From Escherichia coli O157 typing phage 13: 64,000 bases of DNA. Shown one piece after another: positions 9,425-18,590 of the stretch. The notes under the pieces were generated by a model. It was not told the DNA's origin. It saw only the letters and a list, made by a program, of their open reading frames with translations, and searched no databases. The position numbers and the translations under genes are program-made. The stretch lies in the sequence record KP869111, one strand, 5' to 3'. Within the stretch, counting starts at the first letter, position 1; each line of letters opens with the position of its first letter.

Positions 9425-9732
9425 CGTAAAGTCCCTGCAATTGGAATACTAACAATACGGCCTGTGTCCAGGATTCGTTGATACAATCTTTGCGTCTCCG
9501 CATCTAGTTTAACGTGTTTCATTTCAAGCTTATTAAACCAGAACTTACGCGGAGTTTCGACCATTCTTAGAACTCCCATTTTTAAATCTGTTTTATACTG
9601 TGTTTTCAAAGTATCGAAAACTTTATCTGCAATATCCTTTCTAAAAAATACTGCAGGACGATGCTCATCAAGTGGAACCGGGACAGTAAATCCTTCCATA
9701 TCTCGATAAACTATTGCATATACATAAACCAT
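9421..9732 (-). CDS. hypothetical protein (dda.1 position)
   Basis: 103 aa; stop overlaps dda ATG (ATGA); AAAGG SD. Confidence 0.5.
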   Translation of the reverse strand: MVYVYAIVYRDMEGFTVPVPLDEHRPAVFFRKDIADKVFDTLKTQYKTDLKMGVLRMVETPRKFWFNKLEMKHVKLDAETQRLYQRILDTGRIVSIPIAGTLR

Positions 9733-9734
9733 AA

Positions 9735-10481
9735 TTAACCTTTAATCAGTTGGAATAATGATGCGCTAAGTGGTAAGCCACGTTTCAATTTTAATTTACC
9801 AATGAAACCAATCTTTTCAAAACGTTGCAGACCTTGGATAACTTTATCATATGTATCGAAAAGCGATTCAGCGTCAGTTAATTTAGTTTTAGTTTTCCAG
9901 TCAGAGCCTTTAAGAAGAACGTTGAGTTTAGTAAGTTCATGGCCTTCTGCTTGATGTGAGCCATTAATGCGTGCTTTCAAAGCAACAATTCTAAGTTTAG
10001 ATTCGTTAGATAAAGGTTGATTTTTCATCATGTTCGCCATATGCTTAACACGATTTTCACGTTTTGCTCGGATTTTTAAAATAGTACCATAAACCTTTTT
10101 GATTTGGGCCCATTTCTTCTCGTCGAGATTAAGTTTCTCTACTTTACGGGCCGAAGGATTGGCGATACGTCTTGCAATGGCATCGCGTTTCCCAATAAGC
10201 TCTTCTAATGTTAAATCAGAACGAGCGGTGTTATATTTTTTCTTAACCGGGATAACATTACCTTTAATGTAGCCTATATCATTATTAAAACGTTCTAAGG
10301 ATAATTTCTCACCTTCAACAGAGTTATTAAAAGATTCACCTGAGTAAGCGCAGACCTTTTGATCAAGAATGTTTTTAAGGTAATTAAAGTCTAAGTTAAA
10401 ATCCTTAGAGCGTCTCTTCGCAGAAGCTCTGGTGTGGTCAAGACGACGATTGATTTTGTTAATTTTATTATTTGATAACAT
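9735..10481 (-). CDS. hypothetical basic protein, Srd-like by synteny only
   Basis: 248 aa; AGAGGA SD; occupies the T4 srd position between modA and dda.1. Confidence 0.4.
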   Translation of the reverse strand: MLSNNKINKINRRLDHTRASAKRRSKDFNLDFNYLKNILDQKVCAYSGESFNNSVEGEKLSLERFNNDIGYIKGNVIPVKKKYNTARSDLTLEELIGKRDAIARRIANPSARKVEKLNLDEKKWAQIKKVYGTILKIRAKRENRVKHMANMMKNQPLSNESKLRIVALKARINGSHQAEGHELTKLNVLLKGSDWKTKTKLTDAESLFDTYDKVIQGLQRFEKIGFIGKLKLKRGLPLSASLFQLIKG

Positions 10482-10634
10482 AATATTTTCCTCTGTCTTA
10501 CGGACGTTAAGGTCATTTAGCTGATAAGCTTATAATATCATGCCCTCAGGTAGTGTACACTCTTTTTTCGTAAAATGCTTTAATTTTTTATGTGTTATAA
10601 TGGTTCTGAGTTCCATCCGGTTATTCCAATTCAG

Positions 10635-11243
10635 TCAGTAACTGACAATAGACAGATTCCAGATTGTATAACGTCCATCTTGAATAATAGAATCTACACG
10701 CAGTGTAGTCCCTATAGGGAGCATAAATTCACATTCGTCAGATATAAGTCTAGCATTAGACCGTCTTGTCGCTTCAGGGAAAGCTCCATTGAACTCACAA
10801 GATGGCGCAGCCAGAATCATGTTAAGCATATGTTCACGGAAGTTGAAAGCAAATGGTGCATCTTTGATGCAGAACATATTAAATGTTCCGTAAAAATTAT
10901 ACGAAGCAAAGTTACGTGCTACACCGAACACTGGACTGAAGCTCATTACTCTGTCAAATTTAATAATACTACCAATGCCTTTATCATCAAGTGTAGCCAT
11001 AGTTTTCTTAGAGATTCCACGATACATTGTCTCAGGAACAGAAGACGACCAATTTCTACGAACAATTGCACTTAAATCTTTTTGGATGCTATCAGGCTTG
11101 TTTTCCATACACTGCCATAGTACACTTTGTTCAATGTCACTGAATTGCTCATCGATTTTGTACTGAAGCATATCTTGATAATCCGGGCATTGAGCACGAC
11201 GAACCATTTCTTCAATTTCACACTCGTTATACGGCATAAACAT
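10635..11243 (-). CDS. ADP-ribosyltransferase, ModA/ModB family
   Basis: 202 aa; SSVPETMYRG motif paralogous to next gene; AGGAGA SD; synteny with T4 modA. Confidence 0.6.
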   Translation of the reverse strand: MFMPYNECEIEEMVRRAQCPDYQDMLQYKIDEQFSDIEQSVLWQCMENKPDSIQKDLSAIVRRNWSSSVPETMYRGISKKTMATLDDKGIGSIIKFDRVMSFSPVFGVARNFASYNFYGTFNMFCIKDAPFAFNFREHMLNMILAAPSCEFNGAFPEATRRSNARLISDECEFMLPIGTTLRVDSIIQDGRYTIWNLSIVSY

Positions 11244-11300
11244 TTAGGTTTCTCCTGTGGTTGATAAAGGTATAGTATCATCATCGGAAGAGTTTGTACA

Positions 11301-11882
11301 CTAAAAATTCAACATTTTCAAATGAATGATTTTGTATAATCGAGATAAAGGGTCATATTCTAAGTCTTCAATTTCCACAATCTCAAATCTAGAGATACCT
11401 GAGACCATGTACTCTTGTTCAGATTCAATCATATCTAGGACGTCAACACGCGTTTCTTCCATAACATGCTTAGGGTTCTTTCCGGCGAGTACAATGTTAA
11501 TCATGTTTTGGTAGTAATCAAAAATGAATGGAGCATTCCTGAGACTAAGAATAGTGTACGTCTGATACTCCCAACTCCCAGAGAATTGACGAGCTGTACT
11601 GAAATCAGTTGTGAACGATGTTACTCGTCCAGGAGACCAATGGCATCCAACAGAAAGAAGGGAAAGACGTTCTACTTCTTCTGGAGTTACACCACGGTAG
11701 AGTTCTACTGGTACTGTAGAAGACATATGCTTACGAACAAGATGGTCTAATTCATAGTGGAAATCCGGGTCTTCCTTAGAATCGGTGCAAGCCCAGAGAA
11801 TGTTTTGTTCTTGGCGGGTGAATTTGCTATCAATCAGATTTGTTAGGTATTCGCGTTCTTGAAGTTCAGATTGACATGTCAT
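11301..11882 (-). CDS. ADP-ribosyltransferase, ModA/ModB family (second paralog)
   Basis: 193 aa; STVPVELYRG motif; GGAGG SD inside promoter hairpin; synteny with T4 modB. Confidence 0.6.
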   Translation of the reverse strand: MTCQSELQEREYLTNLIDSKFTRQEQNILWACTDSKEDPDFHYELDHLVRKHMSSTVPVELYRGVTPEEVERLSLLSVGCHWSPGRVTSFTTDFSTARQFSGSWEYQTYTILSLRNAPFIFDYYQNMINIVLAGKNPKHVMEETRVDVLDMIESEQEYMVSGISRFEIVEIEDLEYDPLSRLYKIIHLKMLNF

Positions 11883-11925
11883 GATAGACCTCCATTTAAA
11901 GATAAGCCTATCATAACACGAGAGG

Positions 11926-12102
11926 AGGGAATGTAAACTACTTTTTAAGCTTTCCTACTAAAGGTCCATCAGGACCAGGTTGTTCTAACATGAATAACGA
12001 TGCTTTAAAAAGCAATGCCAACCCTTTCACCATTCGATACCATGTCTCAAAGTCTTTTTCCTTGATTTCTAGTAAGAATTTCTCTTTCAATTTCTCTTTC
12101 AT
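11926..12102 (-). CDS. small Lys-rich protein (about 58 aa)
   Basis: Own translation MKEKLKEKFLLEIKEKDF...; ATG overlaps upstream stop as ATGA; not in track; coordinates approximate. Confidence 0.3.
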
Positions 12103-12287
12103 TTCCAAGGACTCCATGGCGGAGGGTCGTCATAATAAGAGGCAAGGTCTTTCAGGGCTTCAACAGGTAAACTAAAGCCGTGTCGTTGTATAATACTATC
12201 TAGTTCATCGACAAGTTCACTACGATGAACTTTAGGAGCCTCAACTTCAGGCTCATCAAACATACTCATCAAGTCCATATTATTCAC
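12099..12287 (-). CDS. small acidic protein
   Basis: 62-aa ORF in the chain of coupled small genes between modB-like and soc. Confidence 0.4.
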   Translation of the reverse strand: MNNMDLMSMFDEPEVEAPKVHRSELVDELDSIIQRHGFSLPVEALKDLASYYDDPPPWSPWK

Positions 12288-12744
12288 CGAGATAAAAACT
12301 AGCCGGTTCAGAAAATGTTTCTAGTGCTACACCTTTTGTCTTAAAAAATTTCCAAATAGCTCGTTGCAAATGGATTAAATCTGCTAATGACGTAATAAAG
12401 TATTTTTTGGCAAAATACTTATGGTCTCGCTTTTCAAACAAGTCTAAACGCTTTTCAGGATTCACATAAACGGCATTTTCCGTAGATTCATAACCTAAGT
12501 CCTTTATGCCTTCTTCAAGACTAAACGGAGAATTTTTAGAATGAGTAATAGCTCCAACTCGCTCTACACGAATTTTGTAACCTTTAGGAATCTGCAATTT
12601 GCAGAATTCTTCTACGATATATTGCGGATTATTTAGACTTTTGTTAATGAGAATAGCTATTTCTAGTGGAGTCTTATCTTCCACTGGTATATGTTTAAAT
12701 GACTTGGCTTCAAGCAAATACATTTTAAATAGCATAGCATCCAT
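12280..12744 (-). CDS. hypothetical protein (mrh region by synteny)
   Basis: 154 aa; TAATG overlap with upstream gene. Confidence 0.5.
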   Translation of the reverse strand: MDAMLFKMYLLEAKSFKHIPVEDKTPLEIAILINKSLNNPQYIVEEFCKLQIPKGYKIRVERVGAITHSKNSPFSLEEGIKDLGYESTENAVYVNPEKRLDLFEKRDHKYFAKKYFITSLADLIHLQRAIWKFFKTKGVALETFSEPASFYLGE

Positions 12745-12923
12745 TATAATTTCCTCGATGGTTCACCCATATAAAGTTTTACAATACGTTCGCCTTCATC
12801 TTCGACGAGCTTTTCTTCATGTTTCTGGAATTCTTTAGCCATATTCTCTTCAAGAACATCCAGCCAATCTTCTGGACCGACACCATCGTCCCAGCTTTTA
12901 AACCATTTAACTATCTTGTTCAT
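12744..12923 (-). CDS. small acidic protein
   Basis: Track ORF trimmed to ATG (MNKIVKWF...) that forms an ATGA overlap with the upstream stop. Confidence 0.4.
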   Translation of the reverse strand: MNKIVKWFKSWDDGVGPEDWLDVLEENMAKEFQKHEEKLVEDEGERIVKLYMGEPSRKL

Positions 12924-13120
12924 TCGCAGCTCCCTGAGCTTGAACCACAATCAGAATAACTTGACCCGGAATCACCAGGCCAAGACGATACGTATGAATG
13001 ATTATAACTTGAAGAGCTTGAAGCATTAACCTGTTTTGTTTTTTGACGAACAACTTCTTCCATCATGCCGTCACCGATATATTCCCAACTTTTTTCGTGT
13101 GTATCAGGAATAGGCATCAT
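12920..13120 (-). CDS. small Ser/Gly/Cys-rich protein
   Basis: Track ORF trimmed to MMPIPD... to avoid a 100-nt overlap with the upstream gene; start uncertain. Confidence 0.35.
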   Translation of the reverse strand: MMPIPDTHEKSWEYIGDGMMEEVVRQKTKQVNASSSSSYNHSYVSSWPGDSGSSYSDCGSSSGSCE

Positions 13121-13133
13121 ACCTTCGCCTGGT

Positions 13134-13361
13134 TTAACAGCAAACAACTTCTTCAGTATCGTAAGCATTAATTGTTCCTCGAACAAAACGAACACCACCG
13201 TCATCCCAGCGGATTTCAGCATTAAATTTGACGTCTTCACCATCCATCATGAATGAGTGTACGACTACATCATCGTAATATCCAAGACCGTATTTCAACG
13301 AAACTTCTTGAGCAATCAAAGCACCTAATGTGTTATTAGGTTTAATCCAACGATTTAACAT
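13134..13361 (-). CDS. hypothetical protein (soc.1 position)
   Basis: Start at internal ATG (MLNRWIK...) preceded by GAGGAG SD and a GTTTAC promoter; the track's N-terminal extension overlaps the promoter. Confidence 0.5.
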   Translation of the reverse strand: MLNRWIKPNNTLGALIAQEVSLKYGLGYYDDVVVHSFMMDGEDVKFNAEIRWDDGGVRFVRGTINAYDTEEVVCC

Positions 13362-13427
13362 ATTGTTCTCCTCTTGAGTAAGTAAGAATATCTTAACACA
13401 GTTTTTAGTGGTTGTAAACTGTAGAAA

Positions 13428-13456
13428 CAAAAAAAAAGGAATCCCGAAGGATTCCT
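13428..13456 (-). terminator. rho-independent terminator after soc (GGAATCC-UUCG-GGAUUCC + U9)
   Basis: perfect 7-bp stem, UUCG tetraloop, 9-T run on minus strand. Confidence 0.7.
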
Positions 13457-13464
13457 TAAATTAT

Positions 13465-13701
13465 TTAACCACTTACTGGTGTAGGGGTAAACATTGCAGC
13501 GTTCTTAGTTTTCCAAGTTGCTGCATCAGAAACGACATCAGAATAAGCTGCCTTTTCTGACGGAAAGATTTGGTAATGAGAATCAGCAATCCGATGTTCG
13601 TTTGAATAAATCTCAAACGGAACAGAAACTTCCATACCTTTAACTTCTTTGCCTTCACCAGCAGGATGCGTAAAGGTTTTTATGTTTACATAACCACCCA
13701 T
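13465..13701 (-). CDS. soc: small outer capsid protein Soc
   Basis: 78 aa; GYVNIKTF...YQIFPSEKAAYS matches T4 Soc; AAGGAG SD. Confidence 0.85.
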   Translation of the reverse strand: MGGYVNIKTFTHPAGEGKEVKGMEVSVPFEIYSNEHRIADSHYQIFPSEKAAYSDVVSDAATWKTKNAAMFTPTPVSG

Positions 13702-13703
13702 AA

Positions 13704-14042
13704 TTAACTCCTTTGTTGTTTAATTACAGGTGTATTTATAATGAATTCCTGTGGAACAGTAAAATATCCGAATTTAGCTAATACAACAACATCACCATTA
13801 ATGATTACTGGAGAATAATCATCTGAGTTATTAAATTTCCAATGAAGCCTGTCATCATATCCATCAGAACCAAATGCTCGAGTAGCCGGTCTCCCGGCTT
13901 TTTGCCATGCATAAAAATCAAGTTTCATTTGCAACCCAATCAACCATATGTAGATGGTCTGATAATTGACTAACATGCTGAAGCTGATTAGACAGGAGCT
14001 TACAAATAAGCTCACTGTTATCATTTTTAAATAGTTGGTCAA
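13704..14042 (-). CDS. hypothetical protein with hydrophobic N-terminus
   Basis: 112-aa ORF between 56 and soc (position of segF in T4, but no GIY-YIG features); start uncertain. Confidence 0.4.
   Translation of the reverse strand: MTNYLKMITVSLFVSSCLISFSMLVNYQTIYIWLIGLQMKLDFYAWQKAGRPATRAFGSDGYDDRLHWKFNNSDDYSPVIINGDVVVLAKFGYFTVPQEFIINTPVIKQQRS
13733..13740 (-). promoter_or_regulatory. T4-type late promoter TATAAATA upstream of soc
   Basis: exact TATAAATA on minus strand about 30 nt upstream of soc ATG. Confidence 0.5.
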
Positions 14043-14090
14043 TACGTTTCTTATGAGCTTTCTTAAGCTGACGTTTATTTAAACGAGCCA

Positions 14091-14612
14091 TTAATAACCT
14101 CGGTCTTGACGAGCAAAGTTTTCAGCATTCTTCAGATAATACAGTTTAAAGATTTCTTCAGCAGAAAGACCCAGACCTTGGAACATGTTCAGAACGAAGT
14201 GCAGAATATCAATCATTTCGAATTTAATTTCGAGCTGGTCTTCGGGAGACAGTTCATCAATACGACGATTACGATATTCAGCATGTTGTGCTTTCCATGG
14301 CTTCCACACAGAGCTGGCAGCTTTTTCACCGTTGGACATACCACCAAGTGAAGTCAGCAGTTCACGGAATTCATCATCAATATAATCTTTCTGATTACGC
14401 AGCCAATCAACAACATCGCCAGCAGTAGCCAATTCATCAGGATGTTTGTTATGTTCAGGCTTGTCATTTGCCAGACGAACCTGTAAAGATTTCTGCATAT
14501 CAAGCATTACCTGCAGTGGGTCTTTATCTTCGTGAATCAGAGCATTAAAATAAGCTTCTTCTGCTTTATCAACACCAGAAATAAGTTGTGAACATTCGTT
14601 AAAGTGTGCCAT
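14091..14612 (-). CDS. 56: dCTP pyrophosphatase (dCTPase/dUTPase)
   Basis: MAHFNECSQLISGVDKAE... matches T4 gp56; start at ATG with AAAGGA SD (track ORF extends 5 codons upstream). Confidence 0.85.
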   Translation of the reverse strand: MAHFNECSQLISGVDKAEEAYFNALIHEDKDPLQVMLDMQKSLQVRLANDKPEHNKHPDELATAGDVVDWLRNQKDYIDDEFRELLTSLGGMSNGEKAASSVWKPWKAQHAEYRNRRIDELSPEDQLEIKFEMIDILHFVLNMFQGLGLSAEEIFKLYYLKNAENFARQDRGY

Positions 14613-14700
14613 TATTTTTCCTTTCAATTCAGTATAAGAGAATTAATTCTAACATTAATTTTATAAAGCGTAATAAATAATAGGTAACTAAGGAGATATT

Positions 14701-14898
14701 ATGTTTAAACTTCCATCGTTAATCAACGCTATTAAAGGCAATAAAAAGAAAACTGCTATCGCTGCAATAGTTGTAGGTGGCATTATTTCATGGAACTTCG
14801 GGATTGCACCATTGTTAGTTGCCCATGGTATTATAGTTCCTTCTGTTCCATTGGATACTGTAGTTGATTTGGCCTTTGCTATTATAGGGCTTGTTTAA
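14701..14898 (+). CDS. small hydrophobic (membrane) protein, only plus-strand gene candidate
   Basis: 65 aa; strong SD TAAGGAG 6 nt before ATG; two hydrophobic segments; 3' end overlaps gp61 stop convergently. Confidence 0.5.
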   Translation: MFKLPSLINAIKGNKKKTAIAAIVVGGIISWNFGIAPLLVAHGIIVPSVPLDTVVDLAFAIIGLV

Positions 14899-15917
14899 AT
14901 CTTCGAATAACGAGATAATCTCATTTTAGCATGCAACCCACTTGAAATATTCTGTTTCATATATTCTAAAATTTCTTGTGGTGTTGCATTTTCTTTCATT
15001 ACCATATCATTCACATCCTTTGATCTCCATGGAGCTCGATCCCAGAACATGACACGTTCGCCTGCATCAACTAATCGCTTCATGCGAGCTATAGTATCTG
15101 GATGCCTAGGTTCATTATCCATTACCCATACCCGACGTTCTTTAAATGGTACCACATCTAAATCTATTGAGCCGCCTGTAATAGCGATTGCATTGGGTAT
15201 GAATAAACTATCAATAGGGCCTTCCATTACCCAGACGTCTCCTTCCTTAACACGTTCAACACCATAAATTTTTGTTGCAGACTCAAACGCTTTAATAGTG
15301 ATATATTTCTGAGGAGCATCTTTGCGAAGTGCACGTCCTTGAAATGACTCAGCCTTCCCGTCTTTATTAAAAATAGGAATCACTAAACGTGGTTCGGGAA
15401 TCTCTTTCTTATACGTACCAGGTTGAATCTTGTTGACCAATTTAGGCCATTCTAATGTGAACCATAATCTGTTCCACGATTCTTTAGGAATACACCGAGA
15501 CTTAACATATTTCACAATAGGATGCTCTTCAGGCAGCTTGTCCAGACGAGAACAAGACGGCAAAGAATTTATAGTCTTTTTCTCCGGTTCTGGTTTATGT
15601 TCAGGAACCTTTTCAATCTTTGGTTCCATTCTAGCTTTTTCTTTACGAACTTCCATTAGATATTCGCGATAAAGCTCTTCATCATACTCTTTTAAGTATC
15701 CAGAAATTGTATTGTGGTATTGACAGTTATAGCAATGCACATTACCTGGAGTACCACCGTAATACCATCCGCGAGCTTTCATTGCATCTGTCTGGGAGTC
15801 GCCACAAACTGGACAACGAAACGTTAATTTAAATGTGCTTGAATTATTGATTTGTCTAAAACGAGGGAGGTGAGAAAACGCACGATAAGCAAATTCATTA
15901 TCTATCCATTCAGCCAT
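14895..15917 (-). CDS. 61: DNA primase
   Basis: 340 aa; zinc-ribbon CPVCGDS...CYNC plus Toprim; matches T4 gp61. Confidence 0.85.
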   Translation of the reverse strand: MAEWIDNEFAYRAFSHLPRFRQINNSSTFKLTFRCPVCGDSQTDAMKARGWYYGGTPGNVHCYNCQYHNTISGYLKEYDEELYREYLMEVRKEKARMEPKIEKVPEHKPEPEKKTINSLPSCSRLDKLPEEHPIVKYVKSRCIPKESWNRLWFTLEWPKLVNKIQPGTYKKEIPEPRLVIPIFNKDGKAESFQGRALRKDAPQKYITIKAFESATKIYGVERVKEGDVWVMEGPIDSLFIPNAIAITGGSIDLDVVPFKERRVWVMDNEPRHPDTIARMKRLVDAGERVMFWDRAPWRSKDVNDMVMKENATPQEILEYMKQNISSGLHAKMRLSRYSKI

Positions 15918-15956
15918 AGTATTCTCCAGAGGCCTTAAATTAATAAGGCCATCATA

Positions 15957-16424
15957 TCACAACTTATTAATATTTACTTTAATTCGCTTTCTTTTCTTGG
16001 AAGGAATTTGTTCTGGACCTTTATTTACGACTGCACCTGTAGTTGTTCCTGATGCAATAGCTTGAGGGCTGCCACCTGAATCACCAGCCACCATATCCTC
16101 AAATAAAGGGAGTTCTTTAAATATTTCTTTCTGTTGTTCTTCTGTAATGTTATAGCGGGATGCTACGGCACTCCAGGCAGACATCATTGAGGCCATTCCA
16201 TTAAGACCTGGAACAGTGCTCATCATTCGCTTCATTGAACGAACTGAAGCATGAAAAGGTGTATAAGCCGCTTTCTCTTCAGGAGTGGAAGGACGTTTAA
16301 GAACACTTCCACGTTCATCGATGATTTTGGCTTCGTATGCTTTCCATTCGGTAAAAGGTTTTTGCATTAGTCGAATAAACTTATATGCATAAACAGAATC
16401 TATTGCAGTGTTAATAATACCCAT
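15957..16424 (-). CDS. hypothetical protein
   Basis: Track ORF begins TTG; first ATG (MGIINTAIDS) has AGGAGG SD. Confidence 0.5.
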   Translation of the reverse strand: MGIINTAIDSVYAYKFIRLMQKPFTEWKAYEAKIIDERGSVLKRPSTPEEKAAYTPFHASVRSMKRMMSTVPGLNGMASMMSAWSAVASRYNITEEQQKEIFKELPLFEDMVAGDSGGSPQAIASGTTTGAVVNKGPEQIPSKKRKRIKVNINKL

Positions 16425-16443
16425 AGGTACCTCCTGAGTATAT

Positions 16444-16641
16444 TTAATCAATTACAAAGATTGCTTTGTCACCATTTATATCTGTGACTTCATATGTAGT
16501 GCCTTCATACTGTGGAATATTCCAAATTACACCGTCATTAGCTTTTACGCTAATATGGCATTGGTGTTTTGAAACAACTTCATAATCTTCAAAACTTGTA
16601 AAAACACTAATTTTAGAACCAGTGCAAATTGCAGTAGTCAT
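16444..16641 (-). CDS. hypothetical small protein
   Basis: 65-aa ORF, ATG start, packed between neighbours. Confidence 0.45.
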   Translation of the reverse strand: MTTAICTGSKISVFTSFEDYEVVSKHQCHISVKANDGVIWNIPQYEGTTYEVTDINGDKAIFVID

Positions 16642-16642
16642 T

Positions 16643-17293
16643 TTAACCTCGATTCATAAATGCATTAAATATTTGGTCATCAACAGAAATTTCTAATTCG
16701 ACTTCAATTGCTTCGGCCTTTTCTTCAGGTGGTAATTCGTATCCACACACTACAATTTTTTCATCGATATCAAAATATACAGAAGCAATACGATTAATGT
16801 TATTTTCAGTTAAGTCCAAATCAACATCAACATCTTTTTGGCCTACACTTAGAGGATAACTAATACGGGTTATTTTATTATCTTTAACAAAGAGTCCACC
16901 AACATACTCTGTACTACGTTTGAAGTTTACACGTTTCCGAATTGAAAGATATGATACATCTTTACCGTGAGCTCGGCTCATAGGACATAATGAATAGCTA
17001 GAATAAGAGATGTCAAATCCTACACCTTCAATATGAGCCAACGCGTCATGATTAAACCAATTATAATCATATGCCAAATCCATTATATTGTAATATGTGA
17101 AAGGCACAGGATTAACATCATATGTTGTACCTTTAAAATCTGCCCAGGCAACGATTTCGTTATCTTTAACAATTACAAAAATTACACCAATATGGTATCC
17201 TTTATTATTTTCATTCGGCGTTATATTATAACATTGTGCATTAGGAAATTTACCATATTTAAATGGTGCGTTTTTGTGCATATAATAAATCAT
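16643..17293 (-). CDS. hypothetical protein
   Basis: Track M1 is GTG; ATG (MIYYMHK) follows the upstream stop (GAATAATATG). Confidence 0.5.
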   Translation of the reverse strand: MIYYMHKNAPFKYGKFPNAQCYNITPNENNKGYHIGVIFVIVKDNEIVAWADFKGTTYDVNPVPFTYYNIMDLAYDYNWFNHDALAHIEGVGFDISYSSYSLCPMSRAHGKDVSYLSIRKRVNFKRSTEYVGGLFVKDNKITRISYPLSVGQKDVDVDLDLTENNINRIASVYFDIDEKIVVCGYELPPEEKAEAIEVELEISVDDQIFNAFMNRG

Positions 17294-17294
17294 A

Positions 17295-17588
17295 TTATTC
17301 ACCTGTGATTTCGGTTACGATATCTTTGTTATCGAAATTAGGGTCACAATACAAAACATAGTTGTACTGCATGATACCGCCAGACTTAAGTTGTTCAACA
17401 ACTTTATTAACCATATTAGGACGGTCTCGTTTAGTGATGTTCATGATATCAGAGAAGATTTGTTGTTCAACATCTTCTTGATTTGCAGTCATTGACCACT
17501 CACAGAGGTCTTTATCATAACCTGCCGTAACTGGAGCCGGTGCACATGATACTGCAAGTAAGATTGCTGCCAATGATAACTTTTTCAT
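17295..17588 (-). CDS. putative lipoprotein
   Basis: 97 aa; signal peptide MKKLSLAAILLAVSC with lipobox-like LAVSC. Confidence 0.5.
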   Translation of the reverse strand: MKKLSLAAILLAVSCAPAPVTAGYDKDLCEWSMTANQEDVEQQIFSDIMNITKRDRPNMVNKVVEQLKSGGIMQYNYVLYCDPNFDNKDIVTEITGE

Positions 17589-17651
17589 TTTAACTCCTTA
17601 GTTGATTTGATAGGACTACTATACTATAGTCCATCTATAATGTAAACAAGT

Positions 17652-17900
17652 TTATTCTTTTTCGCGAATAATAATTACTTGTTGAGGCTGCTGAGCCGAT
17701 TTCTTTTCGGCAACGATAGACCAAATTAAAGTTCCAATCCAACCAATCATCGTCCAGTTAAAGAGTAAAGATACAAAGAAGATTGCTGTTGTGCTTTTTG
17801 TGCCACGAATAAGTGCGATTACCCAAGGCAACATGTAAATGATGATTGAACCAATACCTGCGATTAAAACTGCTACTGAACTAGCTACGAATAATTCCAT
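17652..17900 (-). CDS. small inner-membrane protein (2 predicted TM helices)
   Basis: 82 aa; two long hydrophobic stretches; own GTTTAC promoter at 17929-17958. Confidence 0.5.
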   Translation of the reverse strand: MELFVASSVAVLIAGIGSIIIYMLPWVIALIRGTKSTTAIFFVSLLFNWTMIGWIGTLIWSIVAEKKSAQQPQQVIIIREKE

Positions 17901-17928
17901 GTTAATTTCCTCTTGATTTGTTATGTTT

Positions 17929-17958
17929 ATAATATCTTGTTTTAACTTTGGCGTAAAC
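17929..17958 (-). promoter_or_regulatory. early-type promoter GTTTAC-N18-TATTAT
   Basis: seen on minus strand upstream of 17652..17900. Confidence 0.45.
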
Positions 17959-17961
17959 CAA

Positions 17962-18330
17962 TTAATTAAATTTGTTTAAACGTTCAATACACTGGACGTA
18001 GTTATTCGCGATTTGTTTCTGGGTAGGCTCTTTACCAGTTGTTTCAACATAACGAATGAATGCGATTTCAGTAGCCTGTAGACAATGTTCTTTAACGCGT
18101 TGTTCTTTTGACAATGCTACAGTATCAGAGTCACGATAACGTTGAGCATGGGCATCAGCTTGAATCATTCGATTACCTACAGTAACCGGGTCTTCCACTT
18201 CAACTTTAGGTTGGTCGTACTGTTTAACATTCGGATTGTAAATCAATTGGCCAACGTTATTAGGGATAAAGCCATGGGCACCACATCCGGTTAATCCAAA
18301 TACCATTGCTAAAGCGATTAATTTTTTCAT
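17962..18330 (-). CDS. putative lipoprotein
   Basis: 122 aa; signal peptide with lipobox LTGC; AGAGGAAA SD; GTTTAC promoter upstream. Confidence 0.55.
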   Translation of the reverse strand: MKKLIALAMVFGLTGCGAHGFIPNNVGQLIYNPNVKQYDQPKVEVEDPVTVGNRMIQADAHAQRYRDSDTVALSKEQRVKEHCLQATEIAFIRYVETTGKEPTQKQIANNYVQCIERLNKFN

Positions 18331-18401
18331 TTCAATTTCCTCTGTAGTTGATAGAAAGATAGTAACACAGTATGTGGGGCTTGTAAACAGTTATTTTAAA
18401 A

Positions 18402-18590
18402 TTATCGAAAATCTGCTTCGAAAACTTTCTCGTCATTAACAAATGCTTTAACTAATGCTTTGTTCACTTCAGCAAGTTGTACCGTAACCCACTCGATTTC
18501 TTCGCGATCACCTGATAACATGATATCTTTAGTGAACATCTCACCGCTTTTAAACCAACCGATAAAAGTAACTTTAGTTAATTTGCTCAT
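18402..18590 (-). CDS. hypothetical small protein
   Basis: Start at ATG (MSKLTKV...) overlapping upstream stop as ATGA. Confidence 0.4.
   Translation of the reverse strand: MSKLTKVTFIGWFKSGEMFTKDIMLSGDREEIEWVTVQLAEVNKALVKAFVNDEKVFEADFR

Noticed and set aside
14640-14700. Late promoter upstream of the plus-strand small ORF
   Set aside because: The sequence is AATAAATA, one mismatch from TATAAATA; not annotated as a promoter.
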